From Podarcis gaigeae (taxonomy: Eukaryota): a stretch of DNA of 64,000 bases. The notes below the pieces were generated by a model that made no database searches, had not been told where the DNA came from, and saw only the letters and a program-made list of their open reading frames with translations. Below, in pieces: positions 24,801 to 38,110 of the stretch (the first letter of the stretch is position 1; each line of letters opens with the position of its first letter). The translations under genes and the position numbers were made by a program. Location: the NCBI GenBank assembly GCA_964106915.2, contig OZ066919.1. One strand, given 5' to 3'.

Positions 24801-26940
24801 CTGGGGCTTCCCAGACCATCTAAGGGGCAAGACAGATGAAAGGGGGAGATGTAAAAAGAAAGCACTCTCTCCGGGTACACATCCCGTAACAGGAAATCCC
24901 ATGTACTGTGAGTGGAGGAGAGACAGAGTCAAATAACCCAACTAACTATTCATCATCCAGGCTTCAGAAAAGGACTGGGGCAGGGAGGCACAGAAAGGAA
25001 CAGGCACACCCCAGTACCTGTAGTTTGCTTAGTTTTACCCACAGCCATTAATAATGAAAGGAATTTCAGCTTTAGAGAAATAGATCTCACGATTTTACCG
25101 CAAATTTCAAAATATACTAGATTTCTATATATTTCCTGGAGCCCTATTTAAATTAATGCTACCAGCCCACAGTGGTATCAGGAAAGGCTTAAAAACATAA
25201 AAGGGAAAATAGTCTGGTCTGCCCTCCACTTGCACATGGGAGTGGAGAAGTGCAAGCACAACATGGGTCTCTCTTGATTCTATTTTTATTGTCATGTAAA
25301 CACCTCCATTAATATTAGATTTTAACAGGACCTCTTTATTTTATGAACTCATTTATCCATTGTACAATCCTATTAGGACGTAGCAGAGCCTCCAGGTTAG
25401 CTAAGGGGATATTTTCCTGGGTACAATACTCCCTCCAAAGGACACTTGTGACTATTGTACATTTGCATGCCACAGTTCTTTCATTCCTTCTTCCAAAGTG
25501 TGAGGTTGTGCCCCCTGTCCAGAAATGGAGATGTTAGTTAATATGTTTGTGCACATGCCATCAGGAAAGTTCCTCTGCACAAATGGTAGGCATTGTCCAA
25601 TATTTTCTCAACAGCTCTGGGAGGCAGCATAACCCCACCAAATGCAAACCAAGCTTTGCTATTAGTGAAAGCCCCATCATAGGGGCAGAGGAAAATTGAG
25701 GCACAGGAAGGATTCGGCACTCTACAAAATAAGTATCTGGGTTTGGCACCCAGCCCTTCATAAGACAGCCCATTTGCAAACACATTTCAAACTGAATCTT
25801 ATGTCCAGTGTGCTTTTTGCCTAAGGAACAAGCATTTCATTTTCAATAGAAAACCTTTATTCACACCCACAACTGTGAGTGCATGCTATCTGCATTCTCC
25901 CCAAATCTTGTATGATGTTGACAAGACTATTTACAAAAGACATATCTGCGCATTTCAAGTATGCTTGCAATTTTCTTTACAAGTGACCTGTTAAGGATAT
26001 AGTCTACTGTTCAAGCTATTTACAATATTTGAACAATTTGGACCCAATCCAGCAGTGGTGTTATCTGGGAGTGAGAGCTCAAATCTAACTTTCTGTGGTA
26101 AACTGGTAAAAAATGGGTGTAAGACAGACTAGGTGTCTTGACTCATGGAAATCATAGCCTTTTCACCACTCTTCCAAAAACAGCTTAGCATGTGACATGG
26201 TAATTCTAATCCATGTGAGAGCAAAAAAACAACCAGGAGCCAGACTGATTTATCCAAAATAAAAGAGTCCAAGATGCAAACAACATCAAATTCTCATTAC
26301 CATTTAGTTGTCTAGCCCTCCCCACAATTTTGCATCCTAGTACTACAGCTCCCTATCATCTCCATCACATTTCTAATCTGGACAGGGGGTTGATCCACAT
26401 TTTCTCTCCCTTTGCCTTTTATAATAAAGTGAATTGTTGAATTTATTCAATACTCAGTTCAATGAAAGGTACCCAAAAGCAGCATGTCCTCTGTCCTATT
26501 GCAAAGTAGGGCAAGCACTCTCCCAACCATCATCACACACAATACGTAGAGCACAGCATGACACAATCAAAGAGTTGGCTAATTAAAAGTGCATGTAAAG
26601 CAAACAGCTGCAGGAAATGAATAGCCCATATATGAAACAGAGAAAGGCAACTTCCACTTTCTTGGGAAATTGCTAGCCAATATGTTTTGGAAGAAAATTC
26701 CTTCAAATCAGTCATAAACAAAATGTATCTATGCAGTTTTCTTCTAAAGAAGCTTAGAACTTCCAGCTGAGAAGAGGCCACATGGCAAACAACAAGACCT
26801 GCAAAGGGAAGCAAACTGGTTCCAAGGTCAGGTGCAGTAGCGGACTGCATGGTGGGACAATGGCACTCACCTGACCACCCAACAGCTGGGTTGCTGCTGC
26901 TTACTAGGAAGGAGAGAGGAGAGGCAAGGTAGTTAGAAGG

Positions 26941-27056
26941 TTAGGTCCAGTCACGGACGACTCTGGGGTTGCAGCGCTCAACTCACTCTATAGGCCGACG
27001 GAGCCAGCGTTTGTCTGCAGACAGCTTCCAGGTCATGTGGCCAGCATGACTAAGCC
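26941..27056 (-). mobile_element. Sauria SINE 3' part
   Basis: Reverse complement of ggcttagtcatgctggccacatgacctggaagctgtctgc...gactggacctaa. Confidence 0.85.
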
Positions 27057-27698
27057 ACATGGTGGAAACACCAGCAGGAGTGCTGTCTTGGCTCCTTGGT
27101 CCATTTGAATCACACCAACCTCCACTCTATCCTCCCAATAAACTGCAGCAACTCAGCTGTTGGGAGGTTAGGTAAGCGCCATGACCCTATCATGCCATCT
27201 GCTACTGTTTAGGTGGTAATTTTTTCTTGGGAAATACAGACACATACAAGGGACTTTGAACACAGTCTCCAAGACCTTGCTCTGAACTAGAAACTGTATG
27301 CAAGTGTGATAATTGAGAAGAACAGCTGAACATAGGACAATGGAAAAAAAATGGAAGAAGTTCACTTTGCTGTGGTCTTAAATCTGAAAATGTATGGCTA
27401 GCACTGTGTTAGGGATATATTCGGTCACACCTCAATGGATGAGGATGGGCCAGGCTGGTCATCAGGCACTTGTTTAAACCTACAACCATATGACTTAGTG
27501 CTATGAAGTGTGAGCTTCATTACAAAGACAAAGGATATGACATGAGCATTTAGCTCATGCAAATGATTATGGAAAGGTCTGCAGATTTTCCTTACAACTA
27601 CAGTAATCATCTTTGCTTAATGCCTCAAAAACAACCATTTAAGTAGTATCATCAACAGAATGGCACAGGTCTTTTATTTGACACGTGTATGTATATTT

Positions 27699-27941
27699 CC
27701 TGCCAACCTAGCAGTTATAAAGCACGTCAAAGTGCAAGTAGATAAATAGGTACTGCTCCAGCGGGAAGGTAAACGGCGTTTCCGTGCGCTGCTCTGGTTC
27801 GCCAGAAGCGGCTTAGTCATGCTGGCCACATGACCTGGAAGCTGTACGCCGGCTCCCTCGGCCAATAAAGCAAGATGAGCGCCGCAAGCCCAGAGTCGGT
27901 TACGACTGGACCTAATGGTCAGGGGTCCCTATACCTTTACC
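27699..27941 (+). mobile_element. 5'-truncated Sauria SINE with 11-bp TSD
   Basis: Starts cctgccaacctagcag, ends acctttacc; flanked by TATGTATATTT at 27688-27698 and 27942-27952. Confidence 0.93.
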
Positions 27942-30371
27942 TATGTATATTTATTTATAAGATTTCTTACCTGCCTTTCAACATAAGGTCTTAGGAAAGG
28001 ATACAACAATATAATACAGTAAACATTTATAAAAACAGATTGAACTATTACAAATATAAAACAAGTAAAACATTCTGAATGGAAGAGAACAGCGTACATA
28101 AGAAATCAAGCAGCTAGAACACTTCAAAGATATGTGTACATTTTCACTAAAACTGTAATTACTTCATTCAATGCCCCTTATTCTAAATTTCTCACATCTT
28201 TCAAATACACTGATCCCAGGTTAGGACCCTTAAGGTTCTGCTCTTGTGAGAAACATTCCCTACTGCACAAACTGAAAAATCTGGTTGCAAACAAAGAAAT
28301 GTCTTAAAAAGAATCAGCAGCTCAGAGGTTTGGTGTATGGGGCCCATCAATCCATTCTCCAATAAATAATGTAGCTAAGAAGGCACTAAGTACATCCAAG
28401 TAAAAATTCCAATCATCAAGATTCCCATGTTCAGGTAACTCTGGGTCTGTATAATATAAGCCTTGCAACAAAGCCAGCTGAAAAGAAAATTATACAATGC
28501 CCTCTCTGCCCACCCTCTAGGAAGCTAGCAAACTTTGTACATAAACAGGATTTCTCACACAGCCTACCCATCTCAGTCAAAAAGGCATGTACAACCTTCC
28601 ATGCCCAGCTCTACATACACCAAGTATGTTCCTTTTTAAGCACTTTAAACAGAGGTGCTGCTACATTCACAACTATTCGAGTATTTTTAAATCACTTACA
28701 AAAGCAGGATTAAACTATCAGAAATTCCATTTAATAGGACAAATAAAGAAATAACAATAAACTCCATCAGACCCAGGAAGGCAGGTTTGATTTTAAAAAA
28801 AGGATCAGAAAAAAGGAAGAGAGGGATAAAAAAAAAGGATAATGTGTGTTTACTCAAGCAAAGAAAAAAATATTTAAGTGATGTAGGAGAGAAGATTGCA
28901 GTAACTAGTGAAGAATAACATCGTCTGCTTTGCTGTCAAATCACACAAAAATTTCAGTAATAGATTCTCATTCTGACACTCAATTCAATTCGAAGGTGAT
29001 CCTGCTTTATCCCAACACATCAAATATTAAACACTCGTATTAGCCAGGGTGCTGTCGCCTTCCCCGGCTTAGAGACACGGCGTAGGAGGGGGAGGGAAAA
29101 AAGGGGGGGACCCTTCTTCCCTTCACTCACTATAATATTCTCAATGTTATCTAAACATGCCTTCATACACTAGGCTCCTTATCAATTCTATTTGGGGGAG
29201 GGAGGGGTACTTAAAATGGTATTAGTTGTGGGGAGCTGTATTATTCTGATTTCCAAAAGCTTTTCAATTTTGTGTGGAAAAAGCTTAAGAGGAAGCTGGG
29301 AAGGGAGGGGAAAAGGGGGGTGGGGAAAAGAGCTGGAGCAGGAGAGCGAGAGAAAGTCTAAGAAAGGGAAAAAGCAGCCAGCAGCTCTCGTTTGACGGAT
29401 GCCTTTCAACAAGGGCAGTCTAGCTTGTCAAAGCCCAGGCTGGAGATGAATTGGCATATCTATTCAGCCTGCCTCTGGATGTCATGCAATACAGTTTCAT
29501 ATTCCAAGATAAGGCATGATAAGCAATTGCTGCCCTGACACCAGCTCCATCCACCCCTTGCCTTCCTGAGCACATGAGTGTGCACCACATCCCTCCGCTC
29601 ATCTGCTAATAAGCGGCACTCTGCTATTTTCAAATGCCTAGGTAAAAAAGTACCTGGAAACATCCCAGAAACTCCCCAAACACACACAGAAACCCACAGC
29701 AAAACACTATTAAAACAGTTAATGTTTAATTACTTTCCTTCCAATGTGCACTTCATGCTAAGCAGGCATGGGGCACGCATGCAAAGCACTCAGAGTGGTA
29801 CAGACACAGAACAGCAGGAATACCTTTGGGTGGAAAAGCCTGCTGATTCAAGGGACAGGATTTGAGCAGAATTAGACCTGCCAGATTCAGAGCATGACCC
29901 AGCAGAAGTGGAAGGTTCTGGGGAACAGACAGAGGAGGTGGTGGTGGGCAGAAACAAGAACACAGGCCAGCTAGAATCCCTAAAGCAGCTACTGTAAAGA
30001 GACAAAACGATGGCTGGGTCTTCCTCAGGTGGGTAAAGATACCAGCTGTCAATAGATATCAGAGCCTTTTCTTCTACAGCAAAACTAGACAAGATGGTGG
30101 GTGTTCCATGACTGTACCCTCCCATGCTTTGTTTTGTAAGCCTAAAAAGCATCCATGGGGAGGGGATTGGGGCCACAGCCCTTGAGGGAATGTTAAACTT
30201 CCCTCACACCATTCTAAATCCCCCTGAAGCTGCCATTTGCCCAAGTGGAAACACATAGGAGCCTGTACCAATTCCCCCACAGGGCACATATATCAATTGG
30301 GAGAATTTATATCCAGAAAGCAGCATGGGGGAGAAGGGGTTAATCCACCCTCCCACCTGTACTGTGGTAAT

Positions 30372-30545
30372 TGCCGCATTTTCCTGTCTATAAGACGCCA
30401 CCGTGTATAAGACGCCCCCTATTTTGGGGACTCTGATTTAAGAAAATGGGGGGGGGAGAGAGAGATGTATCCGTGTATAAGATGCCCCCAAATTTTTGAC
30501 ATTATTTTTTAGGGGGGAAACCTAGTCTTATACACAGAAATATAT
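30372..30545. mobile_element. Tc1/mariner (Tigger/pogo-like) MITE, degenerate
   Basis: ccgcattttcctgtctataagacgc ... gtcttatacacagaaat inverted ends; internal gtataagacgccccc repeats. Confidence 0.65.
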
Positions 30546-30629
30546 GCTAATTGGACTAATTCTGTTGCCGGAAGAGCTCTGATAAAAGAGAGAGGCTGTG
30601 TCTCCCATCAGAGGATGACTGTTTCCACC

Positions 30630-30667
30630 TGCCATGCCATGCCATGCCATGCCATGCCATGCCATGC
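30630..30667 (+). repeat. (TGCCA)7 pentanucleotide repeat
   Basis: Direct observation. Confidence 0.95.
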
Positions 30668-31471
30668 TGAAATTACCCATTCTTATTGGTAAATATTATG
30701 TTCTCTTAATTTTCTTTTGATATCTTTTAAATTAATTGTTAATTGTTAGTGTTAGGATGTAGTGCTATATCTTTAAATATGTATTATGGTTATTGTACTA
30801 CTGTATTTAGACTGTCTATTTTCAGTGAACCACTTTCAGCAGAAACATCTGCAAAAACATGGTATATAAATAAACTGATGGTGATTATTGGGGGAGGGGT
30901 GGAATCACTTGGTTGCTCTGATGGGGGGGGGGAGGCCTCAACATGAACAGGTGACTTTCCAAAGATGCATGAATGGAACCACATATATAGCCACTAAAGA
31001 GCATGGGGCTGCACGATGGCAATGCACCATTCAGAATTTAGAGATTTTTTAAAATATTAAGCAGTATATTAATGCTTTAAAATAAATTAATAGATACAAA
31101 TATGCCTCTCTCCTTCTACCTTCTAGGCTCAAAGAGCCAAGAGAAAGACAAAAAACTTCCCACGGCCAACTTCCACAGCACAAGTCTATGTAACCTGTGC
31201 TCATATAACCTGCAGTTTTACAGCTGGAAGGCAGAGAGCTCAGAGTGTTACCTCCACAGCATAACCCTGCTTAAAAAAGAGGGACACTGGAGTGAGGTGG
31301 GACAAAAGGTGTAGAAAGAGATGGAGAACCACCCCATGCACCCTGAATTTACATGTCTTGCTGCATTGGTGGATCCAGCATCCTCTGTCACTGGGCATAT
31401 CTGTCCCAGAGTATTGGGGTAAAAAAAAATTCTCTAAAACATATTGACCCAACCTGTTAGACTAACACAGC

Positions 31472-31661
31472 CAGGGGAGTATGAAGTGGGGAGGGCGGAG
31501 GGGGCGGTCCGCACAGGGTGCCATTTTCGGGGTGGGACACAAGATGGCCCCAAGTTCCCCCCATCTGTAGAGCGGCCAAGGGCACGCACAGTCAGTATGG
31601 GATGCCGCGCGTGCCCCTCGCCATCCCGCCCGGGGTGCCAGAGAGGGTTCCTCCGCCACCG
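31472..31661. mobile_element. GC-rich hAT-type MITE
   Basis: 8-bp flanks AACACAGC / AATACAGC (1 mismatch); imperfect TIRs caggggagtatgaa / ttcctccgccaccg. Confidence 0.6.
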
Positions 31662-32604
31662 AATACAGCCACACCAGAAAGAAATGGAATCATCGGCAGC
31701 ATCTATTTCATATGAAAGGCTGGGAAAGGGTACTATATAGAAAATGAAAACTCACCACAGGTTGACTTGGCCATCCCTCAATATCCCCCTGTAGCATTCC
31801 TAGCATCAAGTACTTAAAAATTATGAGTCATTCCTTCAACCCACTAACCATGCATAAAGAGGCTAATGGATTAATTAAGATTCTAAAATGCTTAAAAAGT
31901 CTTTATCTCTCTCCTGAGTTCTGGAGGTATGTTTTAAAACTTTTCTTCATAGGGGGAGGTAGGGGATTGACTCCAGGGCTAAGACCCATTTTTGAAAAAG
32001 ACCAACAACAATATGCTGTTTGGGATTTAACCAAAATAATGTTCAGCATTGTCTTTTATCTGTTTTAAAAATAAAAATAAAAAGTGCCTACCTGGAAAAT
32101 GCCAATTTTAATGTATATGTCATTATTTCAATTACCATATGTGCTATTAAAGTAAACAATTGCAGTATCTCTGAACAGCATATACTTTTAACAGCCTACA
32201 ATTAAAGTGCTACATTAAAATATTAAGAACCCTGTCGGCCTGAGGGTGTAAATAGGCTCCATGGAATATTCTAAAAAGTGCATTAGCCTGAGTTACGAAT
32301 TCTATTCACAAGATGGGCTGCTTAAAAAGGGACACCCTGTCAAGTAATTTAGGCACTACCATGATGATACATCGGATCAAAACACACTCCAAAGAGAATT
32401 CTCTCTAGGTCTATGGGTTCTCAACAGTTCATTGAATTTGAATCATTCCTTATTAAGAGTTAGCCGACAATCTGGACTAATGCACTGAGTCTAAGAACTG
32501 GTTCAGGGCACTACAAAATATGTGAGTCTGGTTAGCGATCTAGAACACTGGTTACATTGCAATTTAATTGTTATTTGCAGAATCTAGCTTTCTACAACAA
32601 AATA

Positions 32605-32831
32605 CAGTGGTACCTCGGGGTTACAGACGCTTCAGGTTACAGACTCCACTAACCCAGAAATAGTACCTCAAGTTAAGAACTTTGCTTCAGGATGAGAACA
32701 GAAATTGTGTGGCGGCAGCGCAGCAGCAGTGACAGGCTCCATTAGCTAAAGTGGTACCTCAGGTTAAGAACAGTTTCAGGGTAAGAACAGACCTCCAGAA
32801 CGAATTAAGTTCTTAACCCGAGGTACCACTG
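32605..32831. mobile_element. Tc1/mariner-type MITE, TA TSD
   Basis: TA|cagtggtacctcggg ... cccgaggtaccactg|TA; same family as 60249-60490. Confidence 0.92.
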
Positions 32832-34284
32832 TATTGTGCTTTTGTCTACATCAGAACAACACCTGCTTTCTTCTTCATCATCATAATCATTGTAAACACA
32901 AATTTAAAATCATTTATAACTGCAGAGAAACATGTTCTAACACATCACCACTTTTTGTTAAGAGTTCTTAAAGCACAACAGAATCTGGGCACACTTTCCT
33001 GTCCCTCCCTATTAATCCATGTGGCTACATGCATTTTCTTCTATTTTCTTTTATACCCTCCCCTGCACAAGATCTCTAGTTGCCAAAGAATTTCAAATTA
33101 TGGAAAAAAAACCTGTAATCTGAAAAAGAAAAATTGGTGTCAGCTTTCTTGGCCTGGGTAGGATACCTTCTGGCCAATGTGCTTCTGTGGTATATGTTTG
33201 GAGACATACATGTCAAATTCTCTCTTCACATCATCATCTTCTTTAACCCAGCACTGAATAGATGGCAAGTGTGCACTTTCAGAGTGTACATCAGCCAAAA
33301 AAACTGGAACTTTAGGGAGAAAGGTTCAGTATAGCCCAAATCCTGATGCGCTAGGTTACTACAGGCAGGGAGGTTTTTACATGGGAAAGCATTAAAAAGT
33401 GTTCCCCTATCTGTAGCCTGGTGGAATTCCAGACTCTACTACCTCATTCTGTGTAAAGTGTAGAATTGTTTCAAACTGAGCATGTACTCTGGCATAGGAC
33501 CGAATGCCACTGGAATACCACCAGTAGTGCAGGGTCAACAATTCAACACAAGGCATATGAATATCAGTAGACGTATCACCTAAAACAGCATCTCATTCTG
33601 GCTGCAATTCACCTTGGTTCAAAAGAAGAATCCAATGCTTGTGTTGTTAAGACTGCAATATTATGTGCTAGCCTTTGATTTTGGTACTTCAGCATCCATG
33701 CCTCAGCTACTGTTGTGCACCCAAGGGATGGTCAGAAGGCACATAAGGCCACCAACGTGGTGAAGCTAAGCAAACCTTGTCTACATAGCTGACTATTTGG
33801 AAACCATGTTAGTTTCCTTGAGTTTCTTGATGAAAAATAGGCAGGTTATAATTGTGAGGAAAAATAAAATACCCTGGCTAGCCCTAAGTACAGCAAGTTG
33901 TATCTCATTTACATATGCATACATATTTAATATTCAATATGTTTGTGTTATAAAGTTTTATAGTTAGTAGAAAAATCCAGGAACCTGGAATCTGTAGTAT
34001 GTCCAGGGTTATAAACTAAACATGATTCCTAACATTGAGCACAAATTAAAATTAACAGGAAGGTGAGGGGGTACAATGGCACATGCGCGAAAACACACAC
34101 ACACCTCATAATATAGACTAGGAAAGATTATTTGATACTAGTGGGTGCTGCTTGATATAAAAAACGCATGAAAGAAACAAAAGACAGAGACCTGAGAAAC
34201 AAAGCCCATGCTGTCAACAGTCACTAAACAAGAATACTTCCATGCCAGTTGCTTTCATTCCACTGTTGCTGCAGTCATAGTCAG

Positions 34285-34790
34285 AACAGAATAAACTCAA
34301 GTTCATGAAAGCTTACACCACAATCCATTAGTCTTAAAGGTGTCACAAGCCTCTTAAGTCACTTTTGCATGTAATTAGTCAAACTATGGCTTAAATGCCG
34401 CCACACTATTTTGGGTTAACGCTATGCCCAAGACTGGGTTCATGGTATGTCTTGCTCCAAACAAACAATGAGCTGTAGCCAAGGTTTGTTCCTGGCTTAC
34501 GGTACGCAGTTTATTTGGAATGAGACAAACCACAACCTGGAGTTCAGGCGCAATGCTAAGCCAAACCATGGCTTAGCTCTTAGGAGCAGCAGAGGAGTGA
34601 GGCAGGTACAATTTTCTCACTGTGGAGCAGCAGCACTGTAATTCCCTTACGTTTTCCAGGCCTGCCTCTGGTTTTGTTTCTCAAGAAGGAAACTGGTCAG
34701 CCGGAGATTGATCTCTTTCATTACATGCATGAAGGGAAGTCTGGTCCCCAAAATCTGTTACTCCTTAAAGGTGCCACAAGATTCTTTGTC
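34285..34790. mobile_element. Penelope-like terminal fragments flanking an old palindromic MITE-like element
   Basis: gaaagcttacaccacaat...ttagtcttaaaggtgtcacaag and ttaaaggtgccacaagattc; between them aactatggctta / aaccatggcttag repeats. Confidence 0.45.
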
Positions 34791-35059
34791 CCTTCACAAT
34801 TTAAACCTGATACTTCCCTTCCCTCAGCATGCACACACACTTCCACTTAATCTGTGTTAAGATGGGGGTCACCATTTAAAACACTGAGCTCTCAAGCCAA
34901 GTTCTATTTTATACCACACACGCAGAGGCAAATACGTACACACACACACTTTCCAATTTCCATGCAAGAGGGAAGCAGGTGCCCACATTCCCGTAAGCAC
35001 TCCCATCTCTCATTTCCCCCCCTGCCTCCGCCACCCTCCTTGGATCCTGCCCCATTAGT

Positions 35060-35330
35060 TTAGTGCCCAGCCATCTGCGACGTCTCCTGTAATGCTCTCC
35101 CCCCTGTGTATCAGGGAGCTTTTCCATTAGCGCCTTTAATATTCTGACACCTTAGCACAGGCTGCTATTACATTCAAACACGGATCGCCCTGTGAAATTA
35201 CATTGCCAGGCTTGCTAAAATGGAATTGGGTATAATCAGGCTGCTCCATGCGCTGTCAGTCCCATCACAAATACAACGCAAAGCAGGCTTATGGATGGGC
35301 TTAGCAGCTGCTACAAGTGTATTTTTTTAA
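35060..35330. promoter_or_regulatory. Candidate enhancer/CNE
   Basis: Unique sequence with retained CpGs, ATTACATT twice (35167, 35197), CTGTCA, TAATC. Confidence 0.45.
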
Positions 35331-36719
35331 TAGATGAAGTATCCCTTATTTAAAAGCATTTCCTTAAGAAGAAGGGGGAACGCACACATACACACGGTGG
35401 AAAGACAAATCAAAAGCTGCGTCACTGTGTTACCAATACCTCAGGTCTCTTAAAAAACTGTTATTTACTACGGGGCTATCTGTTTATCTATAACTATATC
35501 ACATACACAGCGAGGAGGAGGGAGAGATAAAGGTAGTTAAACAGACAGCCAGTGAGATATGTGCCACCAGGAATTAATAGCTAAATAAAAAGCCCCATTA
35601 TTTACTCCAAGGAGGAGGGAGTCTGGGGCGATCTCACAGGTGTCTTGCTCAGATGCTAAACATACAATGTGGTGTTTCTTTACAAGAATCTGGTTTGTGA
35701 AGACCAGTGCATACTGCCTGCTAATAGTACTACTGCACATTTGCATGTGTCATCAGGGCACACATAAGTAGATTTACCAAAAACATCCCAGAATTGTTTA
35801 TTCATGAAAAAGCATTCCATGTAGTTCAGGAAGAAGCTTAGAGAAGGATAGCACTGTATCTTTGGGGTTATGGGAAGAATAAAGGATATTCAGATTGTGG
35901 GTGGCTAGGCAGAATATCAGCCTTAAGTACTGGATACAAGAGCCCAAGGTAGAGAATAACTTCCTGCAAATTCAACAGGTAAACTTCCACCATCGTAAAA
36001 ACAATTAACCAGGAAATCACTAGTGCCTCAAGCATTTTGGTGATCATTTGTCCATGACTGCTAGTTAAATGTTAGAATTCATAGAATAACAATTCTCTCG
36101 TTGTCAAGGACATTAAAATTAAACTAAAGCTATGGAAGACCAATGAGACCCAGCACAAATACATCATAATGAATCCAGACAAGAGCCCATCGCCTAAGGC
36201 GATGGCCATAGACATGATGTTGTCAGGCTCTTCCAACCATTGCCATACTGGTTCTTGACTGCTCTACTAGGCCTGGAGTGCAAAAGAGGGAAATCCAAAG
36301 GGGAAAGCGGCTTTGTTGCTTCTTCCATCATATGTGATCACTACTCCAAGAGCCCTATTAATAGCAAGGCTCACAGGAAAGGGAAGAATAGAGGCACCTC
36401 TGCCTATATGGAAACTAGAATAGGAATCAAAGTTCCTTTGCTCTTGGATCATCTCTCCACTGTACACTAAATCTAGCAATTCTGTTATAGAAGTGGGAAA
36501 GGCTGGTTCTCCAAACATCTTTGTTGTGGAGGGTTCAGCCCCCAGAAGTTGGCCAGCCCAGTTTCAGATTCTAAGGTTGAAGGTATTCCTGGGATCATCT
36601 TTTCTATCTGGTATGCCTAAGATACCACAGTTACAGAACACTAAGTCGCACTGTATACATTGCTCTCTCTCTCCACACAAGTAAAGGGATGTTCCCAAGG
36701 GTATTACCGTACTTGAAGG

Positions 36720-36860
36720 CACATGGGGCCACCACCTTGATGAAGCTAAGTCAGTCTGTGTCTTGCACCTGGACAGAAGATCACCTGGGAACCACATGTA
36801 TCCTTTTTTGGGTTCCATGATGGAAGAAAGGTGGGATATAAATTTAAGAAAATAAGTAAA
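36720..36860 (+). mobile_element. 5S rRNA-derived SINE (SINE3-like), degenerate
   Basis: gaagctaag...cctgga...agatcacctgggaac resembles 5S GAAGCTAAG...GGATGGGAGACCGCCTGGGAA, followed by an L2-like gaaaggtgggatataaat(AAAT) tail; a second copy lies near 33735-33870. Confidence 0.5.
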
Positions 36861-37404
36861 TGCATCAACAATCAGGTCAAGAAAATATTTCTTTCTGATC
36901 CACAATAGGAATAGGAAATTTGTGCCTCCCCCATAGGCTACTATACTACAACTCTTACCATTCCTGAATTGGCTTTGCTTGATAGAGATGACAGGAGTTT
37001 GAATTAAACTACATCTGGAGGGCCTTAAGTTCCCCATCCCTGGTCTACAAGCATGTGATTTACATATTGGGAAGTCAGAAATGTAAGACTGCCATTTATA
37101 CATTATATAGCATATGCTCTGGTAGAAAAAGATAACATCTGAGGCTACCTAAGTCTCTGTTTGAACACATCAAGGGACATCAGCTGCATTACTCCCATTG
37201 CACACTGTTACCTTCAGGGCATTTTTCATACTGATCAGCCTCACCCAACCCACAAATATCCATTAGATTATTAATTAGATGTAGCTCCCATGCTAAAGAG
37301 TCAGGAACTGAAATCCCAAATTTAAAACGAACAAATAAATCCTCAAATGGCTCTTCAGGCAACCCTGAAAAATGAGGAGGCAGTGCAACAGGATTGAGCA
37401 TCTA

Positions 37405-38110
37405 ACAAAAAATGGTAGAAATGATCACAAAGACTGTGATTATTAGTAACAGAGACAAAACATGCTGAGAGGCAGCACAATTGCTATGCCAGGAAGTCAT
37501 GCCTCACCAATCTATTACAGTGCATTGAGGATGGCAACAAATAGGTGATCCAGATAATAATGTGGCGCTTTCAAAAAGCTTTTGTCACATTTTTCCACCC
37601 AAGAAAAGGATGTCAGGTAATCGTGGATTAGAAACAAATTACTTTTCCTGTATCAGCCACAGGTTAACAACTAGGAAGGGAAGAAACATATGGTGAGTTT
37701 TATTTATGATTTATTGATTGCTTTTGTATCTCACCTTTTTCTCCAAGGAGCTCAAGGTGGCACACATGGTTCTCCTCCTCCTCATGTAAACCCCACAACA
37801 ACCCCATGAAGTAGGTTAGGCTGATAAGCAATGAATGGCCTAAAATCACCCAATGAACATCATGGCTGAGTGGGGATTCAAACCCTGATCTCCCAGATCC
37901 CAGTTCAACACTCTAACAACTACACAACAATGGTTCAGTGGCCCCACTGTGGTATCCTCCAGATGTTTTTGTACTATCACTCCCATAATCCATGACCATT
38001 AGCCATGCTGGAACTGATAGGAGCTGGAATCTAACATCACTGGGAGAGTACTACACTGCTGATCCCTGCAGTGGAGTTCCCCCAGTGAACTAGTGGGACT
38101 ACTTTCAACA
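37405..38110 (+). mobile_element. Ancient CR1 RT remnant interrupted by a SINE and a MITE
   Basis: Degenerate QH.....KSCLTNLL, GDPD....FQKAF, then SGVP resuming at about 38070 after the inserts. Confidence 0.65.
37697..37935 (-). mobile_element. tRNA-derived MIR/CORE-like SINE
   Basis: Minus strand: tgtagttgttagagtgtt...cagggtttgaatcccc (B box)...cagcctaacctacttcatggggttgttgtg...(AATA) tail. Confidence 0.8.

Noticed and set aside
36564-37103. 179-aa minus-strand ORF
   Set aside because: It runs across a MITE and a SINE-like repeat; no protein-like features
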